From contig JAQCIU010000041.1 in the NCBI GenBank assembly GCA_027593235.1, positions 1 to 26,629 on the forward strand: a DNA stretch of 26,629 nucleotides. Reading direction: 5' to 3'. How positions within the stretch are numbered: position 1 is the stretch's first letter; each line of letters starts with the position of its first letter. The DNA is from Chloroflexota bacterium (GTDB taxonomy: Bacteria; Chloroflexota; Dehalococcoidia; UBA2979). Below, one piece after another: positions 8,892 to 17,194 of this stretch. The notes under the pieces are model-generated. The model saw only the letters and a program-made list of their open reading frames with translations. It did no database searches and was not told the DNA's origin. Both the position numbers and the translations under genes were made by a program.

Positions 8892-10952
8892 GTGACACTT
8901 CCAGCACCGTCCATCTCCCGGCGGCCCACGCCACGGACCGAGGAGCCACTCGCTCCTGGGCCCGTCGCATCGCGCCGCACGATCGATTGGGTGATCTGGA
9001 CCGTTGCTGCGCTGGTCCTGGTCGCGCTGGTGATTCACCTCATCGATCTCGGCGTGCGCGCGATGCACCACGACGAATCGCTCCACGCGACCTTCTCCTG
9101 GTACCTCACGGACGGGCGTGGCTACCGCCACAACCCGCTGATGCATGGGCCGTTCCAGTTCCACCTGACCGCGCTGCTCTTCAAGCTCTTCGGTGACGGC
9201 GACGCCATGTCCCGCGTGCCGGCCGCGGTCGCCGGCGCAGCGCTGGTCGCTACGCCGCTGCTGCTGCGGCGCTGGCTCGGCTCGGTCGGGGTGATCGCCA
9301 CGTCGGTGTTCCTCGTGGTGTCGCCGTCGCTGCTGTACTACTCGCGCTTCGCCCGCAACGACATCTTCGTGGCCGTCTGGACGGTGCTCCTGATCGCCGC
9401 GGTCTGGCGCTACCGTGACGACGGTCGGCTGCGTTGGCTCGTCGTCCTCGGTGCCGCGCTCTCGCTCTCGTTCACCACCAAAGAGACGGCGTACCTCACC
9501 GCCGCGCTGCTGCTGCTCTATCTCAGCGTCGTGCTTGCGATCAGCCTCGCCACCACACACCTCGCAGCTACCCCGGCCACCGAGGTTGGCGCGACCACCG
9601 AGACCACCGAGGCTGGCGAGCACACCGAGGATGCCGTTCCGCGCGGCGCGCGTCGGCGGTTGCGATTCTTCGCCTGGGTGTTCCTCCTACTGCCGGTCGC
9701 CTGGCTGATCGCCGCCGCGTGGCCGCTGCTCGGCTCGTTCCGCCGCCGCCTCGGCTGGCTCGATCGACCGCGCGAGGCCGATCTAATGGTCGTCTTCGGG
9801 ACCCTGACGGCGTCTCAAATGGCGGCCGCCATCCAGATCCCGCTCGAACGGCTGGGAGTCAGCGTCACCGACGATACGGAGCTGATCGTCGGCGCGATCA
9901 CCGTCACCGTGCTCATCCTCGGTGGCGCCGCTGTCGGCGCGGCCTGGGACTGGCGACGCTGGGCGATCGTCGCCGGGCTCTTCTACGCCATCTACCTCCC
10001 ACCGTTCACCACCGGGTTCACGAACCCGGACGGGTTCGGCAGCGCGTTCTGGGGCAGCCTCGACTACTGGCTCGATCAGCAGGACGTGAACCGCGGCAAC
10101 CAGCCGGTCTTCTACTACTTCATGATGGTCCCGCTCTACGAGATGCTCACGCTCGTCCCTGCGTTCTTCGGTGGCCTCTGGTTGCTCTGGCGCCGCGACG
10201 GCCTCGCCGCGCTCATGATCGCCTGGTTCGTCTTCACCCTCATTGCGCTCACGATTGCCGGGGAGAAGATGCCCTGGCTGACCGTGCACCTCGCGCTGCC
10301 GCTCGCCTTCCTCGCCGGCTACGTCGCACAGCGCATCCTCCCGCGCTGGGGCGCCGCCCTCTGGGACCGGCGCGCCGGGGTCGTTGCGTGGGCTGCCGCT
10401 GGCGCTGCTGCTTCCACGTTCTTGTTGGTCTTCGCGCTGACCGTTCAGACCGGCCTCGCCGTCTCCTTCGATCACCCGGATACACCGATCGAGCCGCTGA
10501 TCTACACCCAGACGGCCCCCGAGGTGCCCATCCTCGCCCGCCGCATCGAGGCTGCCGCGCTCAGTGATCCCTCGGGCGTGCAGCGGCCGATCTACGTCGA
10601 CACGTCTGCCTCGCTGACCTGGCCCTGGGCCTGGTACCTGCGCCACCTGGAGGTCACGTACGCTCCGCAGGAGACCTTCACCGGCGACGAACTCCCCGAG
10701 GGCGCCATCCTCGTGACCACCCTCAACACGATCCCGCCGACGGATCCGCTCCGCTTCGAGTACCAGGAGCCTGTTCGCTACCACCACCGCTGGTGGTTCC
10801 CCGAATCCGGCTACCGCCGCACCTCGCCACGTTTCCTCTTCGACGGCATCCGTGACGGCTCGCTGCCCGCCGACTGGTGGAGCTTCGTGCTGAACCACGT
10901 CGACGAGTCCCAGATCGGTTCGCTTGAGGGCGAAGTCTGGTTCCCCGAGTGA
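8892..10952 (+). CDS. TIGR03663 / Agl23-like membrane protein (PMT-like GT-C fold)
   Basis: RAMHHDESLHA, YRHNPLMHGPFQF, SPSLLYYSRFARND, TKE, RGNQPVFYY, GEKMPWLTVH, LIYTQT, WPWAWYLR, HRWWFPE; multiple TM helices. Confidence 0.85.
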   Translation: MTLPAPSISRRPTPRTEEPLAPGPVASRRTIDWVIWTVAALVLVALVIHLIDLGVRAMHHDESLHATFSWYLTDGRGYRHNPLMHGPFQFHLTALLFKLFGDGDAMSRVPAAVAGAALVATPLLLRRWLGSVGVIATSVFLVVSPSLLYYSRFARNDIFVAVWTVLLIAAVWRYRDDGRLRWLVVLGAALSLSFTTKETAYLTAALLLLYLSVVLAISLATTHLAATPATEVGATTETTEAGEHTEDAVPRGARRRLRFFAWVFLLLPVAWLIAAAWPLLGSFRRRLGWLDRPREADLMVVFGTLTASQMAAAIQIPLERLGVSVTDDTELIVGAITVTVLILGGAAVGAAWDWRRWAIVAGLFYAIYLPPFTTGFTNPDGFGSAFWGSLDYWLDQQDVNRGNQPVFYYFMMVPLYEMLTLVPAFFGGLWLLWRRDGLAALMIAWFVFTLIALTIAGEKMPWLTVHLALPLAFLAGYVAQRILPRWGAALWDRRAGVVAWAAAGAAASTFLLVFALTVQTGLAVSFDHPDTPIEPLIYTQTAPEVPILARRIEAAALSDPSGVQRPIYVDTSASLTWPWAWYLRHLEVTYAPQETFTGDELPEGAILVTTLNTIPPTDPLRFEYQEPVRYHHRWWFPESGYRRTSPRFLFDGIRDGSLPADWWSFVLNHVDESQIGSLEGEVWFPE

Positions 10953-11998
10953 ACGCGGACCGTCCGAGGCCTGCCGCATCCGGCTCGCCCCGTCGCATGT
11001 TTGTCCGCGGTGGGATCGGTCTTCTCGGAAGCGCGCTGTTCATCGCGTTGCTGCTGCGCCAGGTCGACCTCAACGAGGTCGGTGACGCCTTCCGTGGCGT
11101 TACCTGGGGCTGGGTTGTCGTCGCCGCGCTGCCCTTCGGTGCCGCGATCTGGGTGCGCGCCTGGCGCTGGCGCATCGTCCTCCGCCCCGCTGTCGAGCTC
11201 GGCGCTGCCGAGGCTGCCTCACTCGTCGTCATCGGCTACGCCGCGAACAACCTGCTACCAGTACGCGCCGGCGAGGTCGTTCGCGCGGTCCTCGTCGAGC
11301 GCGCCACCGGTGCGGCGCGGATGCTCGTTCTTGGCACGATCGTCGTCGAACGCGTCTTCGATGGCCTCGTCCTCGCGATCTTCCTCGCTGTCGCGCTCGC
11401 CGTAGCCGGGAGCAACGACACGCTTCGCTGGCTCGCCGTGATCGCGGCGATTGGCTTTTTCGCGCTCACGCTCTTCCTCGCCTGGATCGCCACCGCCCCG
11501 ACGCACGCGCACGACCAGCTCGTCCGGCTACTCCGCTTCGCACCCGTCCGCCTCCGCCCGCGCCTGCGACTCTGGCTCGGCAGTTTCCTCGGTGGCCTCG
11601 GCCAGCTCCGTGGCATCCGGCCGTGGATGCTCGTGCTGCTCACCTCCGCCGCCTCCTGGGCCCTCGAGGCCGGTGCGTACTGGCTCGTCGGCGAGGCCTT
11701 CGGCCTCGGGATCGATCCCTGGCTCTACCTCGGCGTCGCCGGTGCCGCGAACCTCGCGATTGCCGCGCCCAGCACTGCCGGTGGCATCGGCCCGTTTGAG
11801 TTCTTCGCGCGCGAGGTGCTGGTCGTGTTCGGCGTCGCCAGCGCGACAGCGACCGCTTACGCGATCGCCCTACATGCGCTGATCCTCGTGCCCGTCGTCG
11901 TCGCCGGCCTTGGGCTGCTCTGGCAGCGCCACCTCGGGCCCGCCGTCCTCGCCAATCCCGATCGTGCGCTGCCCGCCGCCTCCGAGGTGTCGTCGTGA
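10949..11998 (+). CDS. LPG_synthase_TM / TIGR00374 flippase-like membrane protein
   Basis: RAWRWR, GYAANNLLPVRAGEVVR, VVERVFDG, PSTAGGIGPFE. GTGA overlap with the upstream stop. Confidence 0.9.
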   Translation: MNADRPRPAASGSPRRMFVRGGIGLLGSALFIALLLRQVDLNEVGDAFRGVTWGWVVVAALPFGAAIWVRAWRWRIVLRPAVELGAAEAASLVVIGYAANNLLPVRAGEVVRAVLVERATGAARMLVLGTIVVERVFDGLVLAIFLAVALAVAGSNDTLRWLAVIAAIGFFALTLFLAWIATAPTHAHDQLVRLLRFAPVRLRPRLRLWLGSFLGGLGQLRGIRPWMLVLLTSAASWALEAGAYWLVGEAFGLGIDPWLYLGVAGAANLAIAAPSTAGGIGPFEFFAREVLVVFGVASATATAYAIALHALILVPVVVAGLGLLWQRHLGPAVLANPDRALPAASEVSS

Positions 11999-13338
11999 AG
12001 GTGGTCGTGATCGGCGGCGGGGTTGCCGGCCTCGCCGCCGCGCATGAGCTGATGAAACACGGCCATGAGGTCGCCCTCTTCGAGGCGGGTCCGATTCTCG
12101 GCGGTCAGGTGCGCACCTTTGACATCGGCGGCGGCCGCATCGAGAGCTTCTATCACCACCTCTTCCGCTCTGACACCGAGATCATCGCGCTGATCGAGGA
12201 GCTGGGCCTCGGCCCGGACCTCGAGTGGATCGACTCACGCGGCGCGATGAACGCCGGTGGTCGTAACTACCCCTTCGTCGGCCCACTCGACCTGCTCCGC
12301 TTCGACCGCGTCTCGCTACTCACGAGGTTCCGCCTCGGCTTCGCCGCGCTTTGGCTGCGTCGCAACCCCAACTGGCGTGGTTACGAGGGCATTCGTGCGC
12401 GCGAGTGGATCACCTCGCGCGTCGGTCACGAGGGCTATGAGCGCGTCTGGGGACCGCTGCTCCGCGCCAAGTTCGGCCCCTACGCCGACGACATCGCGAT
12501 GACCTGGTTCTGGGGCAAGATCTACCTGCGCTTCGCCTCTCGCGAGGGCGGGCTGTTCGCCCGCGAGCAGCTTGGCTACCTCCGGGGCTCCTTCGGCCGC
12601 CTGATCGATGCCCTCGCGGAGTCGATCGTCGCCCAGGGCGGCACGGTCACCGCCGGGATCCCGGTGCGCCGCATCCGCTTCGAGGGCGGTCGCGTCACCG
12701 GTGTGGAAGTGCCCTCGGAGGATGGCGGCACGGAGCTTGTCGCCGCCGACGCCGTGATCGCCACCGTCCCATCCGGCATCTTCGCGCGCATGCTTCCGGA
12801 GCTGCCGGATCTCGATCCACGCTACGCCTCGATGATCGATTCGCAGCACTACCAGTGGGCCAGCGTGCTCGTACTCGCGCTCGATCGACCGCTCTCGGAG
12901 CACTACTGGCTGACGATGACCGACGAGGATTGCCCGTTCGTCGTCGCCGTCGAGCAGACGAACTTCGTGCCTCCCGCACGCTACGGCGGCAAGCACGTCC
13001 TTTACCTCTCGAACTACACCGATCCCGCCGACCCGATCATCGAACTCGACGCGGATGGCGTCTTTGAGCGTTACGAGCCGTACCTTCGCCGCATCAACCC
13101 CGATTTCGACCGGTCCTGGGTTACCGATCGCTGGCTCTTCGTGGATCGCGCCGGCCAACCGGTGGTCCATCACCGCTACCACGAGACGATCGCGCCGCAC
13201 CGTACGCCGGTGGACGGCCTCTACCTCGCCAACACCACGCAGATCTATCCCGAAGACCGCGGTCAGAACTACTCGATCCGCATGGGCCGCCGCGTCGCGC
13301 GCCTCGCCCACATCGATGCCGCGCCGTCCGAAGACTGA
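11995..13338 (+). CDS. FAD-dependent oxidoreductase (amine oxidase/PPO fold, PRK07233-like)
   Basis: N-terminal GGGVAGL...EA..LGG FAD motif, ESFYHHLF, PLLRAKFG, EQLGYLRGSF, EQTNF, IYPEDRGQNYS. GTGA overlap. Confidence 0.88.
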   Translation: MKVVVIGGGVAGLAAAHELMKHGHEVALFEAGPILGGQVRTFDIGGGRIESFYHHLFRSDTEIIALIEELGLGPDLEWIDSRGAMNAGGRNYPFVGPLDLLRFDRVSLLTRFRLGFAALWLRRNPNWRGYEGIRAREWITSRVGHEGYERVWGPLLRAKFGPYADDIAMTWFWGKIYLRFASREGGLFAREQLGYLRGSFGRLIDALAESIVAQGGTVTAGIPVRRIRFEGGRVTGVEVPSEDGGTELVAADAVIATVPSGIFARMLPELPDLDPRYASMIDSQHYQWASVLVLALDRPLSEHYWLTMTDEDCPFVVAVEQTNFVPPARYGGKHVLYLSNYTDPADPIIELDADGVFERYEPYLRRINPDFDRSWVTDRWLFVDRAGQPVVHHRYHETIAPHRTPVDGLYLANTTQIYPEDRGQNYSIRMGRRVARLAHIDAAPSED

Positions 13339-13435
13339 TCCGAGGAAGGCGCACCTCGGAGGGCGCCGACCCGCCGATCCGAGGCCGATCCGAGGCCGGC
13401 TCGCGCCTCGAACGGCGCACTGGGGTGCACCGTTC
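13339..13435 (+). terminator. Hairpins after the glycosylation cluster; possible transcription terminator
   Basis: TCCGAGG-8nt-CCTCGGA (13339-13360) and GAACGGCGCAC-TGGG-GTGCACCGTTC (13410-13435, one mismatch). No clear U tract. Confidence 0.35.
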
Positions 13436-13436
13436 C

Positions 13437-13465
13437 TTGAACCCGCGGGATCCCCTCCCTATAGT
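13437..13465 (+). promoter_or_regulatory. Sigma70-like promoter of the nuoE/nuoF-like cluster
   Basis: TTGAAC (13437-13442), 17-nt spacer, TATAGT (13460-13465). Confidence 0.65.
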
Positions 13466-13474
13466 TCGCGTAGC

Positions 13475-13490
13475 CGTGAAACCGTGCACG
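13475..13490. promoter_or_regulatory. Rex-like operator
   Basis: CGTGAA-ACCG-TGCACG, an imperfect palindrome resembling TGTGAA-N4-TTCACA, 9 nt downstream of the -10 element. Confidence 0.45.
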
Positions 13491-13529
13491 AGCGGCCCTC
13501 AGGCGAGGGCATGCTGACGAGGACGCCGG

Positions 13530-14057
13530 ATGCCACTGGAGACCGAGTCCCGCGCCGAGATCCGTTCCCTCGTCGCTGATCTGCTCCCGGACGACGGCAA
13601 GCTGCTCACCGCGCTGCACCGCGTCCAGCATCGCTACGGCTATCTCTCACGCGAGGCGATGGAAGTCATCGCCGAACAGCTCGAGATGTTCCCCGCCCAC
13701 GTCTACGGTGCGGCCTCGTTCTACGAGGAATACCGCTTCGAACCGCCACCCCGCACCGTCGTCCGCTGGTGCACCGGCCCCGCCTGCCGCCTCCGCAACG
13801 GCAACGGCATCCGCGACGCGATGCTTGCCACCCTCGGGCTCTCCGAGGTTGGCGACCGCACCGAGGACGGTCGCGCCGGCATCGTCTTCGGCCAGTGCAA
13901 CGGCTCCTGCGAGGCGGCGCCGATGGTCTGGGTCGAAGACAACGTGGAGCACACGCGCCATGTCCACGGCCAGCTCACCGCCGCCAGTGCCATCAAGCTC
14001 GCGCGCGCCATCCGCGACGGCGAAACTCTCGAGGGGGGGCACGAAACTGTCTACTAA
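13530..14057 (+). CDS. NuoE/HydC-like [2Fe-2S] subunit
   Basis: LLTALHRVQHRYGYL, VYGAASFY, CTGPAC (Cx4C), CNGSCEAAP (Cx3C). RBS GAGGA upstream. Confidence 0.93.
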   Translation: MPLETESRAEIRSLVADLLPDDGKLLTALHRVQHRYGYLSREAMEVIAEQLEMFPAHVYGAASFYEEYRFEPPPRTVVRWCTGPACRLRNGNGIRDAMLATLGLSEVGDRTEDGRAGIVFGQCNGSCEAAPMVWVEDNVEHTRHVHGQLTAASAIKLARAIRDGETLEGGHETVY

Positions 14058-15981
14058 CGCGGTCGCCACCCCCGCCGAGGTTCAGGCCCGCTTCGACGCC
14101 ATTCGCGAGGACGCCAACGCCGTCTACGCCGCGTGGCGGAACCCCGAGCGCCCACGTATCGACGTGGCCATCGATACCTCCTCGCTCGCCAACGGCGCCG
14201 CCGCAACGCATGCCGCGATCGCCGCGCTCGCTGAGGAGCGCCACGCCGCCATCGACGTTGGGCGCAACCACGGATACGGCATCCAGTGGCTGCACCCGCT
14301 CGTCACCATCACCTGGCCCGACGGCGCCTCCGTGCTCTACGGCCCCGTCACCGCCGCTGATGCCGCCGCCATCATCGACGAGGCCACCGGCGCCGCCGGC
14401 GGGGCCTCGAGGCTTGCCATCGGCACCCTCGCCGGCGAGCGCGCCGGCGTCCCCCCGATCCGCGATCACCCCTTCTTTGCCAGCGAGCCCGCCGCGCGCC
14501 GGATCATGGCCAACCTCGGGTTCACCGACCCCGAGTCGATGGAGCACTACATCGGCGCCGGCGGCTGGGCCGCCTTCGCCCGCATGCTCTACCGCGGCCA
14601 GCAGCCGCAGGCAGTGCGCCAAGAGTTGATCGACGCCTCGGTCGTCGGCCGCGGTGGCGCCTCGTTCCCTGCCGGCGTGAAGTGGAACTTCCTCGCCGGC
14701 GCGCCGGGCGACGAGCATTACGTCGTCTGCAACGCTGACGAGGGCGACCCCGGCGCGTGGGTGAACCGCGTCGTCCTCGAGGGCGATCCGCACCTCCTCG
14801 TCGAGGGCATGGCGATCGCCGCCTTCGCGACCGCCTCCAAGCGCGGCTTCATCTACATCCGCGAGGAGTACCCGCTCGGCGTTGAACGCACTGAACAGGC
14901 AATTCGTCAGGCGGAGGAAGCCGGACTCCTCGGCGACAACATCCTCGGCACCGAGTTCTCCTTCAAGCTCGAGGTCGTCAAGGGCGCCGGCGCCTACGTC
15001 TGCGGCGAAGAGACCGGGTTGCTGTCCTCCATCCAGGACAGCCGCGGCATGCCGCGCGTGAAGCCACCGTTCCCCGCCCAGGCCGGCGTGTTCATGAAGC
15101 CGTCCAACGTCAACAACGTCGAGACCTACGCCAACGCCCCCTGGGTCCTGCGTCACGGCCACGAGTGGTACCTGCAAGAGGGCACCGAGCAGATGCGTGG
15201 TACCCGCATCTTCTCCTTCTCCGGCGACATCCCGTACGCCGGCTTCATGGAGCTGCCGTTCGGCGCTCCGATGGCCGCAATTCTCGATGCCTGTGGTGGG
15301 ATCACCACGGGCCGACTGAAGGCGATCCAGTCTGGCGGTCCGCTCGGCAGTTTCGTGCCGGCCTCGGCGCTGCCGTCGCTCGTGCTCCAGAACTCCTCGT
15401 TCGCGCCGTACGACGCCATCATGGGTGCCGGTGGCATCGTCTTCGTCTCCGATCAGACCCACCTCGTGATCCTGAACGAACTCTTCTCCTGGTTCGTCGA
15501 AGAGGAATCCTGCGGCCGCTGCACTACCTGTCACGGTGGCAACCAGCGCCAGACCGAGATCTTCCGCCGCATCCTCGATGGCAATGGCCGTCGCGAGGAC
15601 GCGATCAACCTCAAGCTGATCGATGACACCCTCCAGTCCTCGAACTGCGTCCACGGCCAGTTCAGCCCCAAGATCATGCGCAACCTGCTGCAGCACTTCC
15701 GTGCCGACTACGACCAGCTCACCCTCGAACGCAGCGATCCCACGCTCACCATCCCCGCGATGACCTCGTTCCGCGTCGCCAACTCGCGCGATCCAAAGGT
15801 CGAGGACGCCGTCGCCATCTGCCCGGTCGACGCCTTCCGCGGAACCGCTGGCAACCGCTCGATCGACGACGCCGCCTGCATCCGCTGCGGCGCCTGCACC
15901 GACCTCGCACCGGGCGCGATCGTCCGTGAGCCGAAGGCCCTCGGTTCCGCGCCGATGCCGGTGATGGCCGCCCGGCGCTAG
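14047..15981 (+). CDS. NuoF/HydB-like FMN/NADH-binding subunit with a C-terminal ferredoxin domain; probable CTG start
   Basis: GRGGASFPAGVKW, CNADEGDPGA, YIREEY, GAGAYVCGEET, PRVKPPFP, NNVETYAN, GGPLG, ESCGRCTTC...C, CIRCGAC. The ORF-track start at 13708 lies deep inside nuoE. CTG 14047 follows GAGGGGGGG and overlaps the nuoE stop. Confidence 0.9.
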   Translation: MSTNAVATPAEVQARFDAIREDANAVYAAWRNPERPRIDVAIDTSSLANGAAATHAAIAALAEERHAAIDVGRNHGYGIQWLHPLVTITWPDGASVLYGPVTAADAAAIIDEATGAAGGASRLAIGTLAGERAGVPPIRDHPFFASEPAARRIMANLGFTDPESMEHYIGAGGWAAFARMLYRGQQPQAVRQELIDASVVGRGGASFPAGVKWNFLAGAPGDEHYVVCNADEGDPGAWVNRVVLEGDPHLLVEGMAIAAFATASKRGFIYIREEYPLGVERTEQAIRQAEEAGLLGDNILGTEFSFKLEVVKGAGAYVCGEETGLLSSIQDSRGMPRVKPPFPAQAGVFMKPSNVNNVETYANAPWVLRHGHEWYLQEGTEQMRGTRIFSFSGDIPYAGFMELPFGAPMAAILDACGGITTGRLKAIQSGGPLGSFVPASALPSLVLQNSSFAPYDAIMGAGGIVFVSDQTHLVILNELFSWFVEEESCGRCTTCHGGNQRQTEIFRRILDGNGRREDAINLKLIDDTLQSSNCVHGQFSPKIMRNLLQHFRADYDQLTLERSDPTLTIPAMTSFRVANSRDPKVEDAVAICPVDAFRGTAGNRSIDDAACIRCGACTDLAPGAIVREPKALGSAPMPVMAARR

Positions 15982-16077
15982 CCCGCTCGCCTCATCCGAG
16001 GACGATCGCGAGGCACCGTTGATCCGGCGCTGCCGCTGCTACGCTCGCCCGTACGAATGCTCGGTGACGGGAACGCC

Positions 16078-17175
16078 ATGCCCGAGGTGATCCGATTCGG
16101 CGTTGTGGGCGTCGGCCAGATGGGCCGGGAGCACATGCGCAACATCGCCGCCGTGCCGGGCGGGGACGTGGTCGCGGTCGCCGACCCACACGGCCCGTCG
16201 CTCGAAGCCGCGCGGGAACAGGCGCCCGACGTCGCGTTACATAACGACCTCGACGCATTGCTGGCCCGCAACGATCTCGACGCGCTCGTCATCGCGACGC
16301 CGAACCACACACACCGCGAGGTCGTGGAACGCGCCGCGCGCAGCGGCCTGCACCTGCTGATCGAGAAGCCGTTCGCCACCACGGTCGCGCACTCCCTTGA
16401 GCTGGAGTCGATCCTCGAGGGCTACGGGGCCACCGCCTGGGTCGGCATGGAGTACCGCTACAGCCCGCCGGTCGCGCGGCTCATCGAGGAGGTGCGGGGC
16501 GGCGCCGCCGGCGACGTCCGTATGGTCGCCATCCGCGAGCACCGCTTCCCGTTCCTCCCGAAGGTCGGCGACTGGAACCGATTCTCGAGGAACACCGGCG
16601 GCACCCTCGTCGAGAAGTGCTGCCATTTCTTCGATCTGATGCGGCACATCGTTCATGACGAACCGGTGCGCGTGTACGCCTCCGGCGCGATGGACGTGAA
16701 TCACCTCGATGAGCGCTACGGCGGCGAGCAGCCGGACATCCTCGACAACGCCTACACGGTCGTCGACTTCGCCGGCGGCCAGCGCGCGATGCTGGATCTC
16801 TGCATGTTCGCCGAGCAATCGCGGCATCAGACCGAGATCGTTGTGACCGGCCCGGCGGGCCAGGTCGAACTCGGCCAGCCCGAGGGCGTCGTCTGGATCG
16901 GCCAGCGCGAGCTGCCGACGCGCCCCGAGGTCCGCCGCGACCCGGCGCGCCTGCGTGCCCTCGAGATCCCCGTCGACGCGACGGCGATGGCCGTCGGCAC
17001 ACACCACGGAGCCACCTACTACCAGCACGTCGCCTTCCAGCGCGCCGTCCGCGGCGAGGCACCCGTCGAGGTGACGCCGCACGACGGCCTGATGGCGGTC
17101 GCCATGGGGCAGGCGGCCGAGCAGTCCGTGGTGCAGCATCGCCCCATCGAAATCACCGAAGTACTGAATCAATGA
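16078..17175 (+). CDS. Gfo/Idh/MocA-family NAD(P)-dependent dehydrogenase
   Basis: GVVGVGQMGREH, ATPNHTH, IEKP, GMEYRY, REHRFPFLPKVGDWNRF, GGTLVEKCCHFFD. Start at ATG 16078 (alternative 16057). Confidence 0.92.
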   Translation: MPEVIRFGVVGVGQMGREHMRNIAAVPGGDVVAVADPHGPSLEAAREQAPDVALHNDLDALLARNDLDALVIATPNHTHREVVERAARSGLHLLIEKPFATTVAHSLELESILEGYGATAWVGMEYRYSPPVARLIEEVRGGAAGDVRMVAIREHRFPFLPKVGDWNRFSRNTGGTLVEKCCHFFDLMRHIVHDEPVRVYASGAMDVNHLDERYGGEQPDILDNAYTVVDFAGGQRAMLDLCMFAEQSRHQTEIVVTGPAGQVELGQPEGVVWIGQRELPTRPEVRRDPARLRALEIPVDATAMAVGTHHGATYYQHVAFQRAVRGEAPVEVTPHDGLMAVAMGQAAEQSVVQHRPIEITEVLNQ

Positions 17176-17194
17176 CGATCGAGAGGGATCGACG

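Noticed and set aside
13373-13398. Tandem repeat GCCGATCCGAG x2 plus a partial copy
   Set aside because: Only two short units, no spacers and no cas genes; not CRISPR.
13708-14046. ORF-track N-terminal extension of the NuoF-like protein
   Set aside because: Overlaps nuoE by more than 300 nt and reads as low-complexity A/S/P/T off-frame sequence.
957-15696. Long antisense ORFs (957-2651, 3075-4163, 4191-5384, 9783-10979, 12316-13311, 13993-15696 and others)
   Set aside because: Shadow frames of GC3-biased real genes; no motifs of their own.
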